64,000 bases of DNA from positions 1 to 64,000 of the forward strand of contig JAADIO010000046.1 of assembly GCA_013151235.1 (NCBI GenBank), read 5' to 3'. The position numbers and the translations under genes were made by a program. Each line of letters begins with the position of its first letter. Position 1 is the first letter of the stretch. This DNA comes from Deltaproteobacteria bacterium (lineage in GTDB: Bacteria > CG2-30-53-67). This document shows, piece by piece, positions 9,774 through 19,737 of the stretch. The notes beneath the pieces are model-generated. The model worked only from the letters and a program-made list of their open reading frames with translations. It searched no databases and was not told the DNA's origin.

Positions 9774-10538
9774 ATGAAAATTGAGGTGCTCGGCTGTCAT
9801 GGATCGGAGACGCCGTCGGCCAAGACCGTCGGATTCCTGGTGGAGGATCGGATCCTGCTGGAGGCGGGGACGGTTTCCTCCGTTTTGAGCCTCGACCGGC
9901 AGTTGGCGATTCACAGTGTGATTATCAGTCATCTTCATCTGGATCATATCAAGGGGCTTCCTTTTCTGGCGGACAATCTCATCGGAGAGCCGGGATCGGC
10001 CATCACGGTCTACGGGATTGATGAAGTGCTGGCGGGGCTGAAAACGCATCTCTTCAACGATACGATCTGGCCCGACTGTACACGGATCTCCAACGGGGAT
10101 GTCTCGGTTCTCCGTTTTGAATCGCTTACGAAGCGGGCGACCACCCGCATCGGAGAGGTGGAGGTGACGCCGATTCCGGTGAACCACACGATTCCCTCCA
10201 TCGGCCTGTTCCTGCGGAAAGGGGACCGCACCCTTCTTTATACGGGCGACACGGCGCCGACGGAAGAGATTTGGCGGATCGGGCGGCAAATGCCGGATCT
10301 GTCGGCCCTCCTCATCGAGGTTTCTTTCCCCGATGCCATGGAAAAGATCGCCCGGGTGAGCGGGCATATGACACCGTCCATGGCTGCGCGGGAGCTGGAA
10401 AAACTCGATCGGCCGGAGGTCCCCGTGTATGTTTTTCACATGAAGCCGAAATACGAAGCGGCCATCATTGCAGAGTTGCAGCAGCTCCTGGGGGGGGCGG
10501 TCGAGGTACTTCAGGAAGGGGCGGTGCTTCAGATCTGA
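9774..10538 (+). CDS. Class II (metallo-beta-lactamase fold) cyclic-nucleotide phosphodiesterase
   Basis: MKIEVLGCHGS, SHLHLDH, FNDTIWPD, YTGDT, EVSFP, GHMTP, HMKP. Confidence 0.85.
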   Translation: MKIEVLGCHGSETPSAKTVGFLVEDRILLEAGTVSSVLSLDRQLAIHSVIISHLHLDHIKGLPFLADNLIGEPGSAITVYGIDEVLAGLKTHLFNDTIWPDCTRISNGDVSVLRFESLTKRATTRIGEVEVTPIPVNHTIPSIGLFLRKGDRTLLYTGDTAPTEEIWRIGRQMPDLSALLIEVSFPDAMEKIARVSGHMTPSMAARELEKLDRPEVPVYVFHMKPKYEAAIIAELQQLLGGAVEVLQEGAVLQI

Positions 10539-10597
10539 CGGGTGAGTCCCGCTTACGTTTCCTCCTTTTTTCCGGCAAATCTGACGCAAGGGATACC

Positions 10598-11446
10598 ATG
10601 ACGTGGTTCAAGAAAAAGAAGCTCAAAACGAGCATCCTGGACAAGAAGGTGGTCTCCTCCGAAGGATTGTGGGAGAAATGCCAGAATTGCCGGGAGATTA
10701 TCTACAAAAAAGAGATCGAGAAGAATTTCCGCGTTTGTCCGAAATGCAACTATCATTTCCGGATCACCGCCGAAGAACGGATCCGGATCGTGGCCGACGC
10801 CGGAAGTTTTGAGGAGATGGATGCCGACCTGTCGTCGTCCGATCCCCTCCATTTCAAGGACTCGAAGAAGTACCGTGACCGGCTGAAAGAGGGAGAGAAA
10901 CGAACCGGGAAAAAAGATGCCCTCCTCTTCGGTGATGCCCGGATTGAGGGGATGCCCGTGGTCCTGACGGTTTTTGATTTTGCGTTCATGGGCGGTAGCA
11001 TGGGCTCCGTCGTGGGGGAGAAAATCGTCCGGGGGATGGAGCGTGCCCTGGACCGGGAAATGCCCTTCCTCTCCTTCTCCTCCTCCGGCGGGGCACGGAT
11101 GCAGGAGGGGATCGTCTCCCTCATGCAGATGGCGAAGACGAGCGCCGCCGCTTCACGACTGGCGCAGGCCGGGATTCCTTTTATTTCCGTTCTGACCGAT
11201 CCGACCTTCGGCGGCGTGACGGCGAGTTTCGCCATGTTGGGGGACATTATTATTGCCGAACCGCGGGCACTGATCGGGTTTGCCGGTCCCCGGGTGATCG
11301 AGCAGACCATCCGGGAGAAACTTCCCGCGGGGTTTCAGCGGGCCGAGTTTCTCCAGCAACATGGTATGGTCGATATGATTGTGGAACGGAAGGAATTGAA
11401 AAGGACCCTTGCCGGTCTGGTACGGATGCTCGCTCATGGACTTTGA
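10598..11446 (+). CDS. accD: Acetyl-CoA carboxylase carboxyltransferase beta
   Basis: WEKCQNC...CPKC zinc ribbon, FMGGSMGSVVGEK, GGARMQEG. Confidence 0.96.
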   Translation: MTWFKKKKLKTSILDKKVVSSEGLWEKCQNCREIIYKKEIEKNFRVCPKCNYHFRITAEERIRIVADAGSFEEMDADLSSSDPLHFKDSKKYRDRLKEGEKRTGKKDALLFGDARIEGMPVVLTVFDFAFMGGSMGSVVGEKIVRGMERALDREMPFLSFSSSGGARMQEGIVSLMQMAKTSAAASRLAQAGIPFISVLTDPTFGGVTASFAMLGDIIIAEPRALIGFAGPRVIEQTIREKLPAGFQRAEFLQQHGMVDMIVERKELKRTLAGLVRMLAHGL

Positions 11447-12767
11447 GCAAGCGATGGCCGCATTGGAAGGCCTGGAACTGCATGGGATTGTCCTCGGCCT
11501 TGACCGGGTCCGGTTTCTGCTGGAGGCGTTGGGAAATCCACAGGAGACGTTTCCTTCCATCCATATCGCCGGGACCAACGGCAAAGGATCGACGGCCGTC
11601 TATCTTGATTCCGTTCTTCAACGGGCCGGTCTCCGGACCGGGCGTTATACCTCTCCCCATCTGCATCACTTCTCCGAACGGATCACGCTCTCCGGAGAGA
11701 AAGTCGCTCCCGAAGTTATTGCAGCCCGGACCGAGGAACTCCTTGAGATTGTCCGATCGGCAGGTCCCGATTTTCAACCGACCTATTTTGAAATGACGAC
11801 GGCCATGGCCTTTGCCGTCTTTGCGGAGGCCGGGATCGATATCGCCGTGGTGGAAACCGGTCTGGGAGGACGGCTCGACGCGACCAATGTGATCCGCCCC
11901 GTCGTCTCCATCATTACGAATGTCGCCATGGAACATGCCGATTATCTCGGGGACTCCCTCGAGGCGATCGCCCGGGAAAAAGGGGGGATCATCAAAGAGG
12001 GCGGCGTGACGGTTACCGGCGTTCGGAACCCGAAGGTCCGGACGATCCTTGAGAAGATCAGTGACCGTCGAAGGGGGCGTCTGATCCGGCTCGGGGAGGA
12101 GATCCGGGTGGAGGATGTCGAGGTGCACCGGGAGGACGGGTCCCGGACATTTACCTTCCGGGGCGTCGACTCTTCCCGGGAGGGGCTGATCGTCGGGATG
12201 CGGGGGGAACATCAGGTCGTGAACGCCGCCGTGGCCCTGGGCGCTCTGGAGGTTCTGATTCGGCAGGGAGTGGACATCCCCGACAATGCCGTTCGGGAGG
12301 GGCTGCGGGAGGCATGCTGGCCGGGACGGCTGGAGACGGTCTCCGGGGATCCGTGGATCATGGTGGACGGCGCCCATAATCCCCATGCCGCCCGGGTGCT
12401 TCAGCAGGTCCTTGAAAACGATCTGGAGTATCATCGCCTGATCCTCGTGATCGGGATTCTTCAGGACAAGGATGTCCCGGCGATAGTCCTGCCCCTTCTT
12501 CCCTTGGCGGACCGGCTGGTCCTGACCCGGCCGCAGTACGACCGGGGAACGGATCCGGTGGTTCAGTTGGAAAAGATCGGCCGGTCCGGTCTGGAAGTAA
12601 TGCTGGCTCCTTCGGTTCCGGAGGCCGTCGACGCGGCCCGGGCACTCTATGCACCGGGCGATCTGATCCTTGTTACCGGATCTCTCTATACCGTTGCGGA
12701 AGCCCGGGCCTTTCTCTTTTCGAATGCCTCCGCTTCCACAGGCCGGGATACCCAGGAGGAGGGTTAG
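11436..12767 (+). CDS. folC: Folylpolyglutamate/dihydrofolate synthase
   Basis: HIAGTNGKGS, YTSPHL, ETGLGGRLDATN, DGAHN. Confidence 0.96.
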   Translation: MDFEQAMAALEGLELHGIVLGLDRVRFLLEALGNPQETFPSIHIAGTNGKGSTAVYLDSVLQRAGLRTGRYTSPHLHHFSERITLSGEKVAPEVIAARTEELLEIVRSAGPDFQPTYFEMTTAMAFAVFAEAGIDIAVVETGLGGRLDATNVIRPVVSIITNVAMEHADYLGDSLEAIAREKGGIIKEGGVTVTGVRNPKVRTILEKISDRRRGRLIRLGEEIRVEDVEVHREDGSRTFTFRGVDSSREGLIVGMRGEHQVVNAAVALGALEVLIRQGVDIPDNAVREGLREACWPGRLETVSGDPWIMVDGAHNPHAARVLQQVLENDLEYHRLILVIGILQDKDVPAIVLPLLPLADRLVLTRPQYDRGTDPVVQLEKIGRSGLEVMLAPSVPEAVDAARALYAPGDLILVTGSLYTVAEARAFLFSNASASTGRDTQEEG

Positions 12768-12774
12768 GCGGCTT

Positions 12775-15159
12775 ATGTGGAGATCTTTCCGCCCGTTTCA
12801 AGACGGTCTTGTCCGCAGAATTTTTCTTCTCTGGATTGCCTGCGTCGTTTGCCTGGTTTCAACAGACCTCCGGGCCGAATCCCGGAAGGAAGGGGAACGG
12901 GTTGCCATCGATGCCGACAGTTTCCATTTCGACCAGGAACGGAAACTTTTCGTTGCCCTCGGGAATGTGCATTTTCAAAGTGGTTCCATGAACATGACCT
13001 GCGATTATGCCGAATACTCCGATGAGACCGGGGAGTATACCGCTGTGGGAAATGTTGTTTTCAAGGATGACGAGGGGACGGTCCTCTGTGAACGTGTGGA
13101 AGGAAATGTCCTGACCCATCAGGCGAAGTTCTACCGGGCTGTTCTCGACAATGTGGTCAAGGAATATCTCCTCAAGGGGGACCGGATCGACAAGGTGGGT
13201 GAGGAGACTTATCGGGTGACAAAAGGTTCCATCTCGGAGTGCGGGAAGACGCATCCCCTCTGGGAGATCGGCGGGCGTCACATGCTGATTGAGAAGGGGG
13301 AGTACGTCCGGGTGAAACATATGACACTCCGGATCGGCGGGGTTCCTCTCTTTTATTCTCCCTATTTCCTCTATCCGCTCAAGACCACCCGGCAAAGCGG
13401 TTTTCTGCCTCCCCTCATCGGCGAGGGGGGACGAAATGGTTCCTCGGTGAAACTCGATTATTTTCAGGCCATCGACACGAACCGGGATGCGACCCTGACG
13501 TATGAGTATCTTGCCGACAACGGCAACCGGTTCGGACTCGAGTATCGCTATGCCCTTTCTCAAAAGATCCGGGGGGCCTTCTTCGGCAGATATATTCACG
13601 ACCGGAACGCCGACCGGGAGGGGAGCCGGATCGGGATGAACGAGGACCGCTGGGAGACGGGATGGACGCACTACCATAATCTTGATGACCGTCTGTACGG
13701 CGGGATTTTTATGGATGTTTTCAGCGATGGTTTCTACCCGAGTGATTTTTCCCCTTCCTCCGAGGCGCGGGTGCGGAACAACGGTCAGTCGGACCTGACG
13801 GTGGTGAGACGGTGGGACGGGGCGAACGCTACGGCCGATTTCCGTTACTACCAGGAGTTGGGGACCCGTCACAAAACCACCTCACTGCAGAGCCTGCCGG
13901 AACTCCGTTATGACATTCCCGCACGCCGGGCGGGCCGGTCCAACTGGTTTTATTCCCTTGATACGAGTTTTATAAACTTCTATCGAAAGGACGGCTATCA
14001 TACCGTTTTGAGCGATCGGATTTCATCGGATACTGAGACCCTCCAGCCGGTGACCTCCGATCAGAAGGCCAACCTGAAGATCCTGAAAAGTTCCGGTTTC
14101 GAAGATGCAACGGCTCTTCGGTATCAAGGGCTGAAGGGGGGGCGCCTGCACCTTGACCCAACCCTTTCGCTTCCCCTTGACCTGGCCTCTTTTGCCGTTT
14201 TGACCTCCTCCGTGGGGTATCAGGAGAATCTCTACAATCGGGGGGTGGCCAAGGATCATGCGGTTGATGAGGGAGTTCTCCATGCCCGGTTTGATCTTGA
14301 TTCCCGCTTTTATCATGATTTTTCCTGGGGACGTACCGGGACCCTGCGGCATATCGTCGAACCGAAGATCTCCTATCTCTATCGACCGGAGAAGGGGGCG
14401 GCCGATATCCCCGTCTATGATGAACTCGATCGGATCGACCCGGTGAATGAAATTCATTTTTCTCTTTTCAATCGACTCCTGACGAGCCGGGAACCCGATC
14501 GAAAGAATGGAAAAGTTGAAGGGGACCCACCGGCCGACCGGCGGGAGATTGCGACACTGAAACTCGATGCCCTCTATAATCGCAGGCGGAGAGCGGATCG
14601 TTTGCAGACGCTGACGGGGGAATTCAATCTCAATCTTTCCGATTTGTACTATCTGGAGATCAACTCGATCTATGACTTCCCGGAACATGAGTTTGCGAGT
14701 CTGAATCTTGACTTCAAGTTTCATCTGCGGGATCTTTTTTCGCTGCAGGTGGGGCGCCGCTTCACGCGGCGGATCCCTATTGATACGAACCGCCCCACGG
14801 GAGGGGGGAGACTTCGGACGGTCGGCGGAAACGATGTGCTGTCCGGGTTGAAGAACGACGGGATTTCTTTCTGGACGGCGCATATGAACTGGACGCCGAC
14901 GAAGGCTGTTTCCATGGGGTTGTCGGGGTATTTTAATGCACGGGAGAAGACCGGCGACGACACTTCCTTTCATCTTAGTTACGAAAAGAAGTGCTGGGGG
15001 CTCTCTCTTTCCGTCGATCGCTTTGACGATACGATCTTCAATGATCATACCGGCAAATACGAGATCAACCGTGTCAACGAGGTGTATCTTTATTTTACGA
15101 TCAAGTCCGTCCGTCTGAAATTCTATGAAAATATCGCAGGAATTGGTAAAGTCCTGTGA
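12775..15159 (+). CDS. lptD: LPS assembly outer-membrane protein LptD
   Basis: Signal-like N-terminus, OstA-like domain, RQSGFLPP, HIVEP..YLY.P beta-barrel motifs; follows folC. Confidence 0.85.
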   Translation: MWRSFRPFQDGLVRRIFLLWIACVVCLVSTDLRAESRKEGERVAIDADSFHFDQERKLFVALGNVHFQSGSMNMTCDYAEYSDETGEYTAVGNVVFKDDEGTVLCERVEGNVLTHQAKFYRAVLDNVVKEYLLKGDRIDKVGEETYRVTKGSISECGKTHPLWEIGGRHMLIEKGEYVRVKHMTLRIGGVPLFYSPYFLYPLKTTRQSGFLPPLIGEGGRNGSSVKLDYFQAIDTNRDATLTYEYLADNGNRFGLEYRYALSQKIRGAFFGRYIHDRNADREGSRIGMNEDRWETGWTHYHNLDDRLYGGIFMDVFSDGFYPSDFSPSSEARVRNNGQSDLTVVRRWDGANATADFRYYQELGTRHKTTSLQSLPELRYDIPARRAGRSNWFYSLDTSFINFYRKDGYHTVLSDRISSDTETLQPVTSDQKANLKILKSSGFEDATALRYQGLKGGRLHLDPTLSLPLDLASFAVLTSSVGYQENLYNRGVAKDHAVDEGVLHARFDLDSRFYHDFSWGRTGTLRHIVEPKISYLYRPEKGAADIPVYDELDRIDPVNEIHFSLFNRLLTSREPDRKNGKVEGDPPADRREIATLKLDALYNRRRRADRLQTLTGEFNLNLSDLYYLEINSIYDFPEHEFASLNLDFKFHLRDLFSLQVGRRFTRRIPIDTNRPTGGGRLRTVGGNDVLSGLKNDGISFWTAHMNWTPTKAVSMGLSGYFNAREKTGDDTSFHLSYEKKCWGLSLSVDRFDDTIFNDHTGKYEINRVNEVYLYFTIKSVRLKFYENIAGIGKVL

Positions 15160-15275
15160 TCCCAAAGAGTTGAGTTGGTTTTCAGTTGATCCGGAAGGGG
15201 AAAAAGATTATGATAAAGTTTGATATATTTTCCCGTCATCCGGGAGGTCCTCTGAAAATACCGGAAGGAGAATGA

Positions 15276-16295
15276 ATGTCCCGAATCGTGGTGACCGGCG
15301 GGGCCGGGTTCATCGGCAGCAATTTTATCCGTTACTGTCTTGAGACCCATCCCGACGATGAAGTGATCAATCTGGACCGGTTGACCTATGCCGGAAACCT
15401 GCTGAGTCTTGAGGATGTTGCGGGATCTGCGCGTTACCGCTTTGTCCGGGGCGATATCGCCGATGAGAAGATCGTCGACGAAATCTTTTCGGAGGGGGTG
15501 GACGGTGTCATTAATTTTGCGGCCGAATCCCACGTGGACCGAAGTATTGAAGACCCGACGATTTTTATCCGGAGTAATGTCCTCGGGACCCAGACCCTGC
15601 TGAACGGGATCCGGAAGTTTTCCATTCCCCGTTATCTTCAGGTCAGCACCGATGAGGTCTACGGTTCTCTCGGTCCCACGGGAAGTTTCCGGGAAGATAC
15701 TCCGCTGTCACCGAACAGTCCCTATTCCGCCGGCAAGGCCGGTGCTGATCTCCTCGTCCGGGCGCATTTCGAGACCTACGGCATGCCGGTCCTCATCACT
15801 CGCTGTTCGAATAACTACGGCCCCTACCAGTTTCCGGAGAAGTTGATCCCGCTCTTCATCATGAATGCCATGGCGGACAAGCCGCTTCCCCTTTACGGGG
15901 ACGGGTTGAATGTCCGGGACTGGATCCATGTCCTGGACCACTGCCGGGGAATTGATCAGGTCTTCCGGAAAGGGAGAGAAGGGGAAATTTATAATATCGG
16001 CGGGGGATGTGAAAAGAAGAATATTGAAATCACCCGGCTTATTCTTGAACTGCTCGGGAAACCGGAAGAGTTGATTGAATATGTGTCCGATCGTTTGGGG
16101 CACGACCGCCGCTACGCCATCGACAGCACGAAGATCCGGGAGGAATTAGGATGGGAGCCCCGATATTCCTTTGAAGAGGGGATTGCTGAAACCATTTCAT
16201 GGTATCGGGAGCATCGTTCGTGGTTGAAAGAGATTGAAAGCGGACGGTACCGGGAACTGTCGGAGAAGATCGCGGAAGGTGGACTGCACCGATGA
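15276..16295 (+). CDS. rfbB: dTDP-glucose 4,6-dehydratase
   Basis: TGGAGFIGSN, AAESHVDRSI, STDEVYG, NNYGPYQFPEK, GHDRRYA. Confidence 0.96.
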   Translation: MSRIVVTGGAGFIGSNFIRYCLETHPDDEVINLDRLTYAGNLLSLEDVAGSARYRFVRGDIADEKIVDEIFSEGVDGVINFAAESHVDRSIEDPTIFIRSNVLGTQTLLNGIRKFSIPRYLQVSTDEVYGSLGPTGSFREDTPLSPNSPYSAGKAGADLLVRAHFETYGMPVLITRCSNNYGPYQFPEKLIPLFIMNAMADKPLPLYGDGLNVRDWIHVLDHCRGIDQVFRKGREGEIYNIGGGCEKKNIEITRLILELLGKPEELIEYVSDRLGHDRRYAIDSTKIREELGWEPRYSFEEGIAETISWYREHRSWLKEIESGRYRELSEKIAEGGLHR

Positions 16296-17158
16296 GACGG
16301 GTCGCTCTGATCGGGGCCGGGGGAATGCTCGGACGGGACCTGCGGAACCGGCTGGAGGGAAGCTATCTTTGTCTTCCTGTCGCAGGGCGGAAAGATCTCG
16401 ACATTACCCGCCGGGAAGAAGTCCTGGAGTGGATCGGGAAGGCCCGTCCCGATCTGCTGATCAATGCAGCAGCTTATACCGATGTGGACGGTTGTGAGTC
16501 CCACCGGGAACGGGCCATGGCGGTGAACGGCGAAGCGCCGGGAAACCTGGCGGCCGGATGTGCCGAAGTCGGCGCCCGAATGATCCAGATCAGCACCGAT
16601 TTTGTCTTCGACGGGACGCGGGAGGGCGCCTGTCGGGAGGAGGATCCGACGGCTCCGCTCTCGGTGTACGGTCTCTCCAAACTTTCCGGTGAGGAACATG
16701 TGGCCCGGAACCTGGAAGATCATCTGATTGTCCGGACCTCCTGGCTGTACGGCGCCGGTGGACGAAATTTTGTGGAGGCGATTCTGGCGCAGGCGGAAAA
16801 AGGGGGTCCCCTGCGTGTGGTGCGGGACCAGGTCGGGTCCCCGACCTATGTGCCGGATCTCTCCGGCGCGCTGTTGCGGCTTCTCCCGCTGGATGTCCGG
16901 GGGATTGTGCATGTTTCCAACAGCGGAAGTTGTTCCTGGTACGATTTCGCCCGGAAAATTCTGGCGCTTGCCGGTTTCCGGGATGTCCCGATCGAACCGA
17001 TTCCGTCTGAGAGCCTGGATCGTCCGGCACGACGGCCGGCGAACTCCCTGCTCTCCTGTGAACGCTACCGGCGGATTACGGGGGAAGATCTCCGTTCCTG
17101 GGAAGATGGGCTGAAAAACTATCTGGATGAGAGAGGGGGAGGGGATGGATCAAAATAA
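16292..17158 (+). CDS. rfbD: dTDP-4-dehydrorhamnose reductase
   Basis: GAGGMLG, NAAAYTDVD, STDFVFDG, YGLSKL, DQVGSPT. Confidence 0.95.
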   Translation: MRRVALIGAGGMLGRDLRNRLEGSYLCLPVAGRKDLDITRREEVLEWIGKARPDLLINAAAYTDVDGCESHRERAMAVNGEAPGNLAAGCAEVGARMIQISTDFVFDGTREGACREEDPTAPLSVYGLSKLSGEEHVARNLEDHLIVRTSWLYGAGGRNFVEAILAQAEKGGPLRVVRDQVGSPTYVPDLSGALLRLLPLDVRGIVHVSNSGSCSWYDFARKILALAGFRDVPIEPIPSESLDRPARRPANSLLSCERYRRITGEDLRSWEDGLKNYLDERGGGDGSK

Positions 17159-17906
17159 TGAAAATGAGACTGTCATCGGGCTGCTTCCCCTGGATCTGCC
17201 GCATCTTTCACAGGGCGCCCTTCGTATGCTGGCCGCCGATCCCGGGGTGGATCCGGTTCTGCTGAAGGAGATCCTGGTCCTCGGGAAGGAGGACCCGGAT
17301 ACGGTTCGTTGCCTGATCCGGAATCCGGCTTTGCCGGACAGTGCTTTTGAAAAAGTGATGGAAGATTTGAATGAGGAACTCCGGCAGGAGGTGGCGTTTC
17401 GCGGGAAGTCGTTGGCCCTTTATGAAGAGGGGAGTCTTCCTTCCACGGAACGGGCGAAGAAACAAAGGGGCGTGAAAGGGGCGGACGGAAAAAAGAGTAT
17501 GCAGGCCCGGATCCAGCAGTTGACCATGGGGGACAAACTGGCCTACGCGCTAAAGGGGCCGAAAGAGGCCCGGACCATCCTGGTGCGGGATCCTAACCGG
17601 GAGATTGCCCTGACCGTGGTGAAAAACCCCAAGATCACCGAAGGAGAAGTGGAACTCTTTGCCGCCTCGACCAATGTCTGCGAGGATGTGCATCGCGAAA
17701 TCGGGAAGAACCGGGAATGGTGCAAGAAATATACGATTCTCCGTGCCCTGGTGTTCAATCCGAAGACCCCCGTCGGGATCTCGCTCGAAAAACTTCCTTA
17801 TATCAAAGAAAAGGACTTGCAGTTTTTATGCAAGAGCAAAAACGTTCCCAACGCGATCAGCGGCGGAGCGAAACGGCTCCTGGCCCAGAAACGAAAAAAA
17901 CATTGA
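17145..17906 (+). CDS. Conserved hypothetical helical-repeat protein
   Basis: Long ORF overlapping rfbD, with repeated NP-capped helices (VKNPKIT, LVFNPKTP) and a basic tail. Confidence 0.7.
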   Translation: MDQNNENETVIGLLPLDLPHLSQGALRMLAADPGVDPVLLKEILVLGKEDPDTVRCLIRNPALPDSAFEKVMEDLNEELRQEVAFRGKSLALYEEGSLPSTERAKKQRGVKGADGKKSMQARIQQLTMGDKLAYALKGPKEARTILVRDPNREIALTVVKNPKITEGEVELFAASTNVCEDVHREIGKNREWCKKYTILRALVFNPKTPVGISLEKLPYIKEKDLQFLCKSKNVPNAISGGAKRLLAQKRKKH

Positions 17907-17913
17907 GGGGGCT

Positions 17914-18822
17914 ATGATTTTCAGCGGATGGTTGTTACAAAGCCGGCTAAAAAAGGCCCTGGATCAGCTCAATTGCGGAATGTTCGAGACGGCCTCGCAG
18001 GAACTTCGTTTGCTCTTGAGGGAGTTCGCAAAAGAGGAGCGCGAAGTACGGGAGGTTTTGTTTTATCTTGCGGAATGTTTGATGGCGATGGGAGATGAGA
18101 AGCTGGAGAAGGAGGACTTTGCCGGTGCCCTTCGGGATTTTGAAGAAGCGGTTGCTCTGCAGGTGGAATTTCCCGATCTTTATTATCGGATCGGCCGGTG
18201 TTGTCTGGCGCTCGGGAGCGAGGATCGTGCGGAGAAAAATTTTCAAAAAGCCCTCTCCATGAATGAGCATTACCGAAATGCACGTCTCGCTCTGGCCGAG
18301 GTTCACATCCGGAAACAAAAATTTGATCTTGCCTTCCAGGCATACGAGCGAGTCTATGAACAGGGAATGGAACCGGATGAAGCCTCCTTTACCGAGGTCC
18401 GGCGGATGGCGGAATCCGGCAACGTTCAAAAGGCGGTCGATCTGCTCCGGGAAATATTCCGGGAAAAGCCCGATCGTGTGAAGGCCCTCTTTCAACAGGG
18501 CAAACGGCATTTTCATGAACAGGATTATGCCGGTGCGATTGCCTCTTTTCGGGAGTTGATCTCCGGGCATGCCGATTTCCCGGATGTGTATAATTTTCTG
18601 GGGGTTGCCTGTTGCGGTGCCGGTGATTTCAATGAAGGGGAAAAGGCCTTTCTTCAATCCATGGAATTGAACCCTGCCTACATGGATCCCCGGTTAAATC
18701 TTGCCTTTCTCTATGAAAAAATGAACAAAAAGGAAAAAGCCGGGGAGGTTCTTGAAGGAGTCCTGAGCGTTGATCCCGGAAATGTCATTGCAAAGGAAGG
18801 ATTAAAAAAGCTGCAAAAGTAG
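17914..18822 (+). CDS. Tetratricopeptide repeat protein
   Basis: Multiple TPR-like units ([24 protein letters not shown]). Confidence 0.85.
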   Translation: MIFSGWLLQSRLKKALDQLNCGMFETASQELRLLLREFAKEEREVREVLFYLAECLMAMGDEKLEKEDFAGALRDFEEAVALQVEFPDLYYRIGRCCLALGSEDRAEKNFQKALSMNEHYRNARLALAEVHIRKQKFDLAFQAYERVYEQGMEPDEASFTEVRRMAESGNVQKAVDLLREIFREKPDRVKALFQQGKRHFHEQDYAGAIASFRELISGHADFPDVYNFLGVACCGAGDFNEGEKAFLQSMELNPAYMDPRLNLAFLYEKMNKKEKAGEVLEGVLSVDPGNVIAKEGLKKLQK

Positions 18823-18839
18823 GGGAGAGACCGCTTTCC

Positions 18840-19502
18840 ATGGCAAAGGACTATTATAAGATCTTGGGAGTAAACCCCGGCGCCGGTCCGGAAGAGATCA
18901 AGAAGGCTTTTTTTGCCCTGGCGAAGAAATATCATCCCGACAAACACCGGGACGCGGACGATGGGGATTATGCAGTCAAGTTTGCCGAAATCAATGAGGC
19001 CTATAAGGTCCTGAAAAATGGGCGTTCGAAAACGGAATATGACCGTTCATTCCAGACGGTTGGAACCCGGCGGGAAAAAACGGCCAAGGAACGCTATAAA
19101 GCGGATGAGCTCTACAAGGCGGCGCAGAAGGCGATTAAAATTAATGATGTCAACAGCGCCATCGATCTTCTCAAGGCCGCGGTCCGGATGGAGCCGGACC
19201 GGGCGGAATTTTATTCGCTCCTTGGTCTGACCCTTTCCGAAAAACCGCGCAGGCTCCATGAAGCGCGGGAACATTGTGAAAAGGCCGTGGAGATAGAGCC
19301 CTATGATGTCCGGAACTATATCAACCTTGGGCTGGTTTACAAGAAGGCGGGGTTGAAAATTCGAGCACAGAAGCAATTTGAAAAGGTCCTTCAATGGGAA
19401 CCGGAGAATCCAACAGCGAGAAAAGAACTGGGCTTGTCCAAAGAGAGGGGGGTTTTGGAGCGGATCAAACGGAGCTTGGGCAGGCTGAAAAAGGGGCGGT
19501 GA
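18840..19502 (+). CDS. J-domain protein with C-terminal TPRs
   Basis: DYYKILGV...KKYHPDK J-domain followed by TPRs. Confidence 0.9.
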   Translation: MAKDYYKILGVNPGAGPEEIKKAFFALAKKYHPDKHRDADDGDYAVKFAEINEAYKVLKNGRSKTEYDRSFQTVGTRREKTAKERYKADELYKAAQKAIKINDVNSAIDLLKAAVRMEPDRAEFYSLLGLTLSEKPRRLHEAREHCEKAVEIEPYDVRNYINLGLVYKKAGLKIRAQKQFEKVLQWEPENPTARKELGLSKERGVLERIKRSLGRLKKGR

Positions 19503-19580
19503 AGGGGGAAAGTCCATTAAAATAAATGTTAAGAATAAACCGTAACAGACCGGCAAATAAGGAATTTTCAACGTTTCTTC

Positions 19581-19609
19581 TTGACAGCTATTGAGCCCTG
19601 TGTTACTTT
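19581..19609 (+). promoter_or_regulatory. Putative sigma70 promoter of pilMNOPQ
   Basis: TTGACA-N17-TACTTT. Confidence 0.5.
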
Positions 19610-19737
19610 GGAAACTATGGGGTTGCAAATAGTACCTCTTCCGGGAAAAGGGCTGTCGATGGTGACCATCCCAAAGCAACACCTTGTTCACAACGTCTCA
19701 CCTTTGAATCAAATCTTCCGGGAAAATGGAGGATAGG

